Of a stretch of 64,000 nucleotides of DNA, positions 1-15,665 are shown one piece after another. The notes under the pieces are model-generated. The model was given only the letters and a program-made list of their open reading frames with translations. It ran no database searches and was not told where the DNA came from. Both the position numbers and the translations under genes were made by a program. Every line of letters starts with the position of its first letter. The stretch's first letter is position 1. The DNA is from the human T2T-CHM13v2.0 reference genome, Homo sapiens, in the NCBI RefSeq assembly GCF_009914755.1, contig NC_060938.1. The stretch is one strand, 5' to 3'.

Positions 1-292
1 ATATTGGTTATTTTTAGGTTCTTTATAAGAAAGATGGAGGAAGACAGTGGGTGGGGAAGAATGGGTTTGAAAAAGGCAGGCAAATAGGAAATGAAGTTAT
101 TTTTGGTGATTTTTCTAAGGTAGTTGGATAATAATCTAAATAAAGGACTCTTATTATTTTGGGTCTTTGAATTCATAAAAAGTAATTTTCTCTGTAGATG
201 CTAATTGAGTGTGGTAAGATGTCTTGTTGCTTGAAAGTTGTATTTTCGTTGCTCTACCTGGAGAGCATATAACAGTGCTTTTATGTTTCAGG

Positions 293-715
293 ATGCCACT
301 GGAGTCATCCTCTTCAATGCCACTATCCTTCCCATCTCTCTTACCCTCAGTACCACACAATACTAACCCTTCCCCTCCTCTGATGTCTTACATCACCTCC
401 CAGGAGATGAAGTGTATTCTTCACTGGTTTGCCAATTGGTCAGGTCCCCAGCGTGAACGTTTCCTAGAGGACCTGGTAGCTAAGGCAGTGCCAGAAAAAT
501 TACAACCACTGCTGGATAGTCTGGAGCAGCTTAGTGTGTCTGGGGCAGACCGACCACCTTCTATCTTTGAGTGCCAGCTACATCTTTGGGATCAGTGGTT
601 TCGAGGCTGGGCTGAGCAGGAGCGCAATGAATTTGTCAGACAGCTGGAGTTCAGTGAGCCAGACTTCGTGGCAAAGTTTTACCAAGCAGTGGCTGCTACA
701 GCTGGTAAGGACTGA
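293..715 (+). CDS. C14orf119: C14orf119 protein (140 aa), whole CDS in one exon
   Basis: Acceptor tttcag|G at 290-292 lies immediately before ATG 293. ORF MPLESSSSMPLSFPS...VAATAGKD*, 423 nt. Protein recognised. Confidence 0.93.
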   Translation: MPLESSSSMPLSFPSLLPSVPHNTNPSPPLMSYITSQEMKCILHWFANWSGPQRERFLEDLVAKAVPEKLQPLLDSLEQLSVSGADRPPSIFECQLHLWDQWFRGWAEQERNEFVRQLEFSEPDFVAKFYQAVAATAGKD

Positions 716-1096
716 TAGGCATTCAGACCAAAGAAGATAACCATAGCTGATGGAGCCATGACTCTCTACAATGATAACTCAATTCAAATGTGTTGCCTAA
801 AGCTCTGGAACTGGTATTCCAACCAGCTGACCGAACTCACTGACCAGTACAGGCATGGTTATTTCAACATTAATAGCATGTCAACTGGACTCCTATTTGT
901 AAATGTTATCAATCTAAGCAATCCAGCTCATCAGTCTACTAGTTTGCTTCTTTCCGAGAGATGTCAAGTCCTCAAGAATTTGATGGCTTCTTCTGCAGCT
1001 ATAACCACAAGGAACCTACACATTGTAACTCAAGTCCACTGCTGGCTCATGAAATGTGTAAAGTAGAACCCTCCTTCCCGAGAAATAAGACAGGAC

Positions 1097-1219
1097 AATA
1101 AAAGGTGGCGTTTTTGTACTTTACCTGGATTCCATTGGCTGGTTTTACCACTCCTATCAGATTGTAGTGTAATTGTGTGATACGCAAACCATTAGTTTTC
1201 CCAGTGATGATTTAATAAA
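1097..1219 (+). terminator. Candidate proximal poly(A) signals of C14orf119 (AATAAA at 1097-1102 and 1214-1219)
   Basis: Hexamers seen directly. Further + strand AATAAA at 1728-1733 and 3072-3077. Confidence 0.5.
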
Positions 1220-1293
1220 ATTATGAAAAATCAGGAGAGGGAGATAATTAGTTGCTTCCTCCTTCACACTGTTTGAATCGAACTCGCGGTGAC

Positions 1294-1598
1294 TTTTTTT
1301 TTTTTTTAAAAACATGGGTTGTCACTTAAGTTTGGAGTGCAGTGGCATGATCATCAGTGAGCGTGAGATCACTGTAACCTCAAATTCTAGGCTGAAGTAA
1401 TCTTTCTGCCTCAGTCTCCTGAGTATCTAGGACTACAGGCCCACACAACAATATCTGGCTAATTTTTAAATTATTCTGTAGATACAGGGGTCATGCTACG
1501 TTTTCTAGTCTGGTCTTGAACTGCTGGCCTCAAGCGATCCATTCTCACCTTGGCCTCCCAAAGTGCTGGGATTACAGGCATGAACCATCATACCTGGC
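1294..1598 (-). mobile_element. Alu (old, J-like)
   Basis: T-run followed by antisense Alu body ending cccaaagtgctgggattacaggcatgaaccatcatacctggcc. Confidence 0.85.
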
Positions 1599-1711
1599 CT
1601 TTTTCTAAGGCATATGTATGTGATATTCTTGGAACTGGTAGCAGGTGTTCCTATTCTGTAAGTTTGCTTTACAACAATACGAAAATAAGTGACAATTTAC
1701 AGGTTGAACAA

Positions 1712-1717
1712 TTTATT
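1712..1717 (-). terminator. Poly(A) signal of CIROP
   Basis: tttatt (AATAAA on -) about 200 nt past the CIROP stop codon. Confidence 0.6.
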
Positions 1718-1915
1718 TTTGTACCAAAATAAAGAATGGATCTTTAGAACTGTAAAACTTCACCCTTTTTTCATTGCCAGGCTATATAATATTGACAACC
1801 GGGGAAAGAGGCATTCCAAAGAAAGTAGAAATTAAGTATACACAATAGATTTTCCATCCAGTTGTCTCACAAGAAATTATTCTCTTCCTTACCCCCTGTC
1901 ATGTTCTGGGCAACA

Positions 1916-7565
<5,650 letters not shown>

Positions 7566-7597
7566 CTCCCTTCTGTGTCTCTCCGTAGATACAGCCT

Positions 7598-7726
7598 GGA
7601 TCCTGTCTTCCGTCCCCTTGTTCCCTGGCTCACTGTTTCTGGCTTTCCTCTCTTTACTATTTTTCACCTATGCCCCCCACTACTCTTGCTTATTTTTTCA
7701 AGATTTGAATGTTGTTGACTCAGTCT
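7598..7726. repeat. Diverged direct duplicate, copy 2 (CIROP 5'UTR/promoter)
   Basis: Aligns to 6759-6884. Confidence 0.9.
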
Positions 7727-7874
7727 ACAGTTCCCTGCCAGGAGGTTGGATATGAACCACCCTCTTCCAGAGGTGCCAGAGGCAGAGTGCTGGGGGAGGG
7801 GAAGTGTTATTCTGAGGCCTCAGCTGACCTTTCCAAAGAGGAGCCTGCCTTATCCATGATGAAACTCTTTCCTT

Positions 7875-8015
7875 GTTTTTTGTTTGTTTGTTTTGTAGAG
7901 ATGGAGCCTCTCTATGTTGTCGAGGCTGGTCTCAAACTCCTGGCCTCAAGTGATCCTCCTGCTTCAGCCTCCCCAAGTGCTGAGATTACAGGTGTGAGCC
8001 ACTGTGTGTGGCTGG
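7875..8015 (-). mobile_element. FLAM/Alu monomer
   Basis: Antisense left-monomer sequence. Confidence 0.8.
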
Positions 8016-8404
8016 GAACTCTTTCCTAATCCTTTCCATCCCTCATCCTATTTCTTGTGCCTTTCTGAGTAGAAAACCTTGGAACCTTCACCGAACTAGA
8101 AAACTGGTGTCACCATAATAGGGGAAGTGGGGGACAGAGGTATTCTTTGCTTTGTAGTTGCCTGCTGGCCTCACTGGACATGGCCAAACAAGGCTTCTGC
8201 ACTTCACTAGCCCCGGTTTCAGAACTGGGTGGCCTCTAACTAAACTACAAGACTTCTAGGATCTCCTACATCTATGTAGGGCTCTTAGTGGGTGCTCAAC
8301 AAATACATGTTAGTTGACTGACACCTCCTGTAAGAGGCCGTTGTGTTAGGTCTGTTAGGTTTCACAGATGCTGCTTATAGGCATGCAGAGGAGGGAAAAT
8401 AAAC

Positions 8405-8721
<317 letters not shown>

Positions 8722-9326
8722 TAAAATGGACATTAATGTTCAAAGATACTCTTAAGGAACTCTGTTTTCTTTGCTCATGCTGTGCTTTCACATCCTGTTT
8801 CCCTTGCTTGGATACCCGCCCCCCCGCCCTCCCCCCGCCCTCCCCCCGCCTCCCCCGGCCTGCCTGGCTAATTCCTACCTTTCTGGTAATTACCCTTGGA
8901 AGCCTTTCTTAATACCCCCAGCCCAAATTCCACACCTGGCACAGTGGGTGGGGAACCACCTCACAGGAGGGGCCTCTCCTCCCAGCTCCTAACAGAACAC
9001 TGTCATCCTCTGTTATAATTGTTGGCTTAGTGGCTCTCCCTCCACATCCTGAAGTCCTTGAAGGTAAGCCTGCTTCCTGTTGGTCTTTGTGTCCACACCA
9101 CTCAGCACAGCCCTTCGGGCCTGGTCTTCAGTGTGTGGATGAAGACATAGAACCTAACCCCATTATTTAACTTTTGAAGAAACAGCTGTTTTAGGTAGTA
9201 TATTTTAATAGCTAATTGGTGACCGACATGGACTAGAGTTTAGAGTAGGGCTGCTGACTTCCCAAGGATTTTATACTTTCACATGCCAGAACTGTGGTTG
9301 AAACTACTGATTACAAGGGAGACACC

Positions 9327-9983
9327 TGTTGGGGCTCAGAAACCGTAACCCAAAATACAGCATTGACATGCTGAACTGAAGAAGAAGCCTCAAGGTCTCT
9401 CTGACCATCCTGCCTTACCCCCATACACACACACCCACACCCCTCATCTCTCCCAAAGCACAGGCCCTATCTGCCTAAGATCCAGACTCAACAAGTAAAG
9501 CAGTTTTTCCTCTTCTTCCCCTAAGACCAAGAATGTAACCACACCTGGACAGGCCTTTTCACTGTTAGAACTGTTTACAAGTTAATCTCTGTTCCCAGAT
9601 CCATTCATTCTCCTTAGCAATCATTTATTGCCCCTCAACAGAATTCCTGTTTTTCACCCCTCCTATAACCTGTTTTGCTAGGATCCAAGGCACCATTCTT
9701 TCTGTAACCTCAAGATGATATATAAGCTGTACTTCATGGGGGTGGGGTTAGGTCTTCATTCTGGAGGTTCTCATATGTACATGGAGAATTGCTTGAACCC
9801 TGGAGGCGGAGGTTGCAGTGAGCCAAGATGGCGCCATTGCACTCCAGCCTGGGCAACAAGAGCAAAACTCCGTCTCTAAATAAATGAATAAATAAATGTG
9901 TATGCCTTTTCTCCTATTACTCGATCTGCCTCATGTCTGATTTTTCAGTGACCCTTCAGGGGCCCAGGGTCTTGGCTTTCACG
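9327..9983 (+). mobile_element. ERV1-class solo LTR (MER34/MER39-like, subfamily uncertain) with nested Alu right-arm fragment at about 9783-9895
   Basis: Starts TGTTGGGGCTCAGAAA; 4-bp TSD cacc at 9323-9326 and 9984-9987. Confidence 0.65.
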
Positions 9984-10184
9984 CACCCAAACTCTGGAGG
10001 TAAACACTGCCACTTTTTATCTGTAGAAATGTATTTGTAAATTTGACGAAGTGCCCCAGTTTTCCCATCTGTAAAATAGGGGTGACTGTACTTTTGGGGT
10101 TGTTGAGAAGTAAGTGAATATTTATAAAGCACTGAGAACAGTGTGTGGTTTATGGTAAATACTAAATAAAAAAATGCATATTAT

Positions 10185-10297
10185 ACACAGTGGCTCATGC
10201 TTGTAATCCCAGCACTTTGGGAGGCTGAGGTGGGATGATCACTTGAGTCCAGGAGTTTGAGGCCATCCTGGGCAACATAGGGAGACACCCGTCTCTT
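10185..10297 (+). mobile_element. FLAM/Alu monomer whose 3' end is split by the SVA
   Basis: cagtggctcatgcttgtaatcccagc...gagacacccgtctc; its A tail resumes at about 11159. Confidence 0.75.
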
Positions 10298-11144
10298 TTT
10301 ATTTTATTTTATTTTATTTTATTTTTTATTTTATTTTTATTTATCTTTTTTAGTATTTATTGATCATTCTTGGGTGTTTCTTGGAGAGGGGGATGTGGCA
10401 GGGTCATAGGATAATAGTGGAGAGAAGGTCAGCAGATAAACACATGAACAAAGGTCTCTGGTTTTCCTAGGCAGAGGTCCCTGCGGCCTTCCGCAGTGTT
10501 TGTGTCCCTGGGTACTTGAGATTAGGGAGTGGTGATGACTCTTAAGGAGCATGCTGCCTTCAAGCATCTGTTTAACAAAGCACATCTTGCACCGCCCTTA
10601 ATCCATTTAACCCTGAGTGGACACAGCACATGTTTCAGAGAGCACGGGGTTGGGGGTAAGGTTATAGATAAACAGCATCCCAAGGCAGAAGAATTTTTCT
10701 TAGTACAGAACAAAATGGAGTCTCCCATGTCTACTTCTTTCTACACAGACACAGTAACAATCTGATCTCTCTTTTCCCCACATTTCCCCCTTTTCTTTTT
10801 GACAAAACCGCCATCGTCATCATGGCCCATTATCGATGGTTGCTGTTTCTTCGGAGCTGTTGGGTACACCTGCAGAAAGGCTGTCACTTCACACTTGGAA
10901 GATTGCACAGTGGCCAGGCAGAGGCGCTCCTCACTTCCCAGACGGGGTGGCGGACGGGCAGAGGCGGTCCTCACTTCCCAGATGGGGCGGCGGCCGGGCA
11001 GAGGCGGTCCTCACTTCCCAGACGGGGTGGCGGCCGGGCAGAGGCACTCCTCACTTCCCAGACGGGGCGGCGGCCGGGCAGAGGCGCTCCTCACTTCCTA
11101 GACGGGGTGGTGGCCGGGCAGAGACGCTCCCCACCTCCCAGACG
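10298..11144 (-). mobile_element. 5'-truncated SVA retrotransposon (SVA_A-like)
   Basis: T-rich tail at 10298-10352; SINE-R (HERV-K LTR-derived) at about 10353-10880 with AATAAA at 10356-10361 (-); VNTR units ggcagaggcgctcctcacttcccagacgggg at about 10913-11144; TSD gacaccc(g/a)tctctt at 10284-10297 and 11145-11158. Confidence 0.92.
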
Positions 11145-11235
11145 GACACCCATCTCTTAAAAAAGAAAAAAAAAAGAATACATATTGTATACACTGTCAA
11201 TGCAGAGGAGAACTGTTCTTTTATTATTTACTTAG

Positions 11236-11825
<590 letters not shown>

Positions 11826-11858
11826 GTTTTTTTATTATCACCATGTGTACAAATCTTT

Positions 11859-11921
11859 TTTTTTTTTTTTTTTGAGACGGAGTCTCGCTGTGTCGCCCAG
11901 GCTGGAGTGCAGTGGCGCGAT
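11859..11921 (-). mobile_element. Short 5'-truncated young Alu
   Basis: T-run plus about 48 nt of Alu 3' end with intact CpGs; perfect 17-bp TSD catgtgtacaaatcttt at 11842-11858 and 11922-11938. Confidence 0.9.
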
Positions 11922-12194
11922 CATGTGTACAAATCTTTAGAGGACTGTTGTTTTTTCCCTAAGGCAAACCTAGTCTTTTTCTCTAAGTGTCTGAAGTCTT
12001 TCTTCCCCCAGATTTCTTAGGTTTTTCTGGCCTAAGTCTGCAGCTCCTAATGCTCTGCTGCTCCCCTGTGGCTGTACTGAGACAGGGTGTGCTCTGGCCA
12101 CGGTATGGGCTGATCTTAACTTCAAACTTGCGGGTGGAAGAACTTCATGCATTTTAGTAAATCCTTCCTATCTTTTTAAAATTTAGATTTTTAA

Positions 12195-12352
<158 letters not shown>

Positions 12353-12745
12353 ATCTTTCTTCTCTTTACACTGCAAATTCTTCTTCATCTTTCAAGATCC
12401 AACCCAGAGGTTATCTGCTGGTTGAGACTTCTTTGCTCCCCCAGGTAGAGATAGTTCTCAAATCTTCTGTTCTCCAATAGCATTTCTTTCACATGTTCGA
12501 AGGAGCTCTCTTATTATGTTATCCTGACATTTATTTTTGTATTTTTTTCCCTGCTAGATGGTGGGCAGGGGCTGAGTCTTATTTGTCTCTGCCTCTGTAA
12601 AGAGGTATGAAGTAGTTGCAGGACAGTAATGAAGGTAAGAAGATGAAGATGAGGAAGGAGGAAGGAGCAAGGAGGTAGGGAAAGAGTGAGAATAATAGTC
12701 ACTTTATGGGGCACAGCTTTGTGCCTACATGTTGTTCTAAGCACT

Positions 12746-13058
<313 letters not shown>

Positions 13059-13316
13059 CAAGGGCTTTATACTCATGTAGTTCTTTCAGCCACCTCATGA
13101 GGTAGGCATTATTATTATCCCAATTTTACAATCAAGGTACAGCAAAATTAGGCAATGTACATAGGTGGTAAGTGGCAGTATAGGAGTTGAACCGACATAG
13201 TTAGGCACCTCAGCACGCGCTTGAACCCACTGTGTAATCCTGCTTCTCCAGTGTGTAGTGATGAGAGGAAGAGGGCGAGGAGAAAAGAAGATGATGAGGA
13301 GAGAATGGGGATAAGG

Positions 13317-13485
13317 AGAGAGGATGGAAGGATAAGAGAGGATGAGATTAGACAAAAGAACAGAAGTTAGAGAGGATGGGAGGATAAGAGAGGATGAGAT
13401 TAGACAAAAGAACAGAAGTTAGAGAGGATGGGAGGATAAGAGAGGATGAGATTAGACAAAAGAACAGAAGTTAGAGAGGATGGGA
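13317..13485. repeat. 52-bp purine-rich minisatellite, about 3.2 copies
   Basis: Unit agagaggatgggaggataagagaggatgagattagacaaaagaacagaagtt starting at 13317, 13369, 13421 and 13473 (partial). Confidence 0.95.
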
Positions 13486-14194
13486 TGAAGAAGAGGAAAA
13501 GGGTGCGGTGGTAGGAAATTAGGGATAAGGAGAGAGGATGTTGATGAGGAACTGGGTGGAGATGACAGAAATATCGACTGTGGAGAGAGGCTGGTAGGAG
13601 GAGAGCTGTCGTCCAGGTGGGGTCATCATTCATATGGATGCTCCCCCTGGCAGGCTGGCCTCTCAGCTCCCTCACCCTCTGTCTCTAACAATCTCCTCTA
13701 TTCCTCCTAGTGAGCCTCTCCCAGGGCCATACCCAGAGCCTTATCACCACCAGAAACTGCAGCACCTATGAAATAACGGAATCAAACATCCCACGCTGAT
13801 AGAATCTCCTTTCCTTATGGTGGTTTGCTCAAGCTGGCACCCAGCAGCTGTTCTATTAAGCTCATGAGGAACCACAGCCCTTCCCATCTTCACATCTCAC
13901 CTTCTCTGCCTTAGGTTCCAGGCTCACCACTGCAATCCCCTTTTGTTAATGCCTTCAACTCCTCTCCCCTGTCTGTCCTTTCCATCTCATCTCCCTGGTT
14001 AAGTCTCAACTCTAGATGGACCTAACATTTGTCTTCTCCGCACTTGCTCTCAAGCACCTAAGGACCACTGGACAAAATCATCCCAGAGGACATGTCACTC
14101 TAAAGTGGTCATCGTCAGCTTCAGTTGGGCGCTTTCAAGTCAGAAAGCTCAGCAATGAGCTCCCTCTTCTACCCTCACCAACTAGGATTTTATA

Positions 14195-14500
14195 CTTTCT
14201 TTCTTTTTTTTCTTTTTTTTGAGATGGAGTCTCACTCTGTTGCCCAGGCTGGAGTGCAGTGGCTCGGTCTCAGCTCACTGCAAACTCCGCCTCCTGGGTT
14301 CCCACCGTTCTCCTGCCTCAGCCTCCTGAGTAGCTGGGACTACAGGTGCCCGCCACCACACCCAGCCAATTTTTTGTATTTCTAGTTGAGACGGGGTTTC
14401 ACCGTATTAGCCAGGATGGTCTCGATCCCTGACCTTGTGATCCGCCCGCCTCAGCCTCCCAAAGCACTGGGATTACAGACGTGAGCCACTGCGTCCGGCT
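14195..14500 (-). mobile_element. AluY-like
   Basis: Full antisense Alu; TSD-like ggattttatactttc on both sides. Confidence 0.9.
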
Positions 14501-15456
14501 GGATTTTATACTTTCAAACCTCCAGCCTCCCCTCCTGCTCAGTGACTTTTGGTTATCTCTTCTTTCATGGTGAAAATAAAAGCCATAAGATAGGAACAGC
14601 CCCGGCTTGCTACAAACCTATTTGTATTTGATTCTGTTGCCATCTCCTCTGTTTCTTGTTAAAAAAGAGGAGACGTCTTCTTCCCTTGGAAGGCTGGTTC
14701 TCCCTCTGATGCTCTGAATCCCATCTAAGGGAGCTTCTGGCCTCAGCCTCTTCAAGCCTCTCTGCCTCTTCCCAGCATCTTGCCCTGCACCCCCAGCCTT
14801 CAGTCAGTGAATGAGAAGGACCTGCTTGGGAACCTTTGTGTGTACTTGTGTACTTTTCTTTCTGTTGGGAACCCCCACTTTTTGCCAGATGAATTCCTAC
14901 TCATCATTTAGATATCCGCCGATATGTTATCCCTTCAAAGAAGCCTTTCCCGACCCTCACATTTAAATCAGATACCCATGTTAATATCGGCCATCAGTCA
15001 CCCCTTTACTTTTGCTAGATGACACTGCCCACAATTTGTTTGTGGTCTTATGTTTGTCACTCTCACTAATCTATAAACCCCCAAAGGGCAGGGACTGTTC
15101 TCCTTATGTGTCCCATAGCTTCTATAACAAAGTGCTTGGCTTCAAGTAGGTGTTTAGTATGTATTTTTTGAGTAAATGAATGTGGTGAGAAGGCAGGAGG
15201 GAGGTGAGGGATGGAAGCGTGAGGATAGAAGATAGAAGGTGAGTAGATGGAGAGTGAGGAGAGGATGGTAATGAGGACAGTATGCAAAGGTGAGGCTGGG
15301 GATGGAGGGGAGAAGGGGTGAGGGGAGGACCAAGGAGAAGGGGTCTTTGCACTGGTGTAATGCTTCCAGACCCTGAGTGGGCTCCCAGGAGCTCTGTTTC
15401 TTGGGACCATGCTGCCTGTGAGGTTTGAAGGCAGGGCTGGAGGGAGGAGCTAGGCT

Positions 15457-15665
15457 TTATCTTAGGGTGCAGCCCTAACCTCAGATGGTGACAGAGCTGC
15501 AGCCAGCAGGGGTTTTGCAAACCGTCCCGATTGCAGCAGGCCAGCAGTCTCGCTGGGGACGAGCGGGTGGGGCCTGAGCTTATCTCCTGAGTACAGTCCT
15601 AACCTCAGATGGTGACAAAGCGGGAGCTAGAAGGCGTTTTGCAAACCGTCCCGATTGCAGCAAGG
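15457..15665. promoter_or_regulatory. Tandemly duplicated ~85-bp module (GATA + E-box + C/EBP-like), candidate CEBPE downstream enhancer
   Basis: Two copies about 124 bp apart. TTATCT at 15457/15580, CAGATG at 15482/15606, TTTTGCAAA at 15513/15637; RUNX TGTGGT at 15705. Confidence 0.5.

Noticed and set aside
224-292. 23-aa N-terminal extension of the C14orf119 ORF in the track
   Set aside because: Non-ATG start inside an intron; an acceptor AG at 290-291 precedes the real ATG
7566-7667. 34-aa in-frame extension upstream of the CIROP ATG
   Set aside because: GTG start; it would bury the signal peptide and lies in the duplicated non-coding segment
13317-13485. CRISPR-like appearance of regular repeats
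   Set aside because: Head-to-tail tandem units with no unique spacers, in eukaryotic DNA with no cas genes
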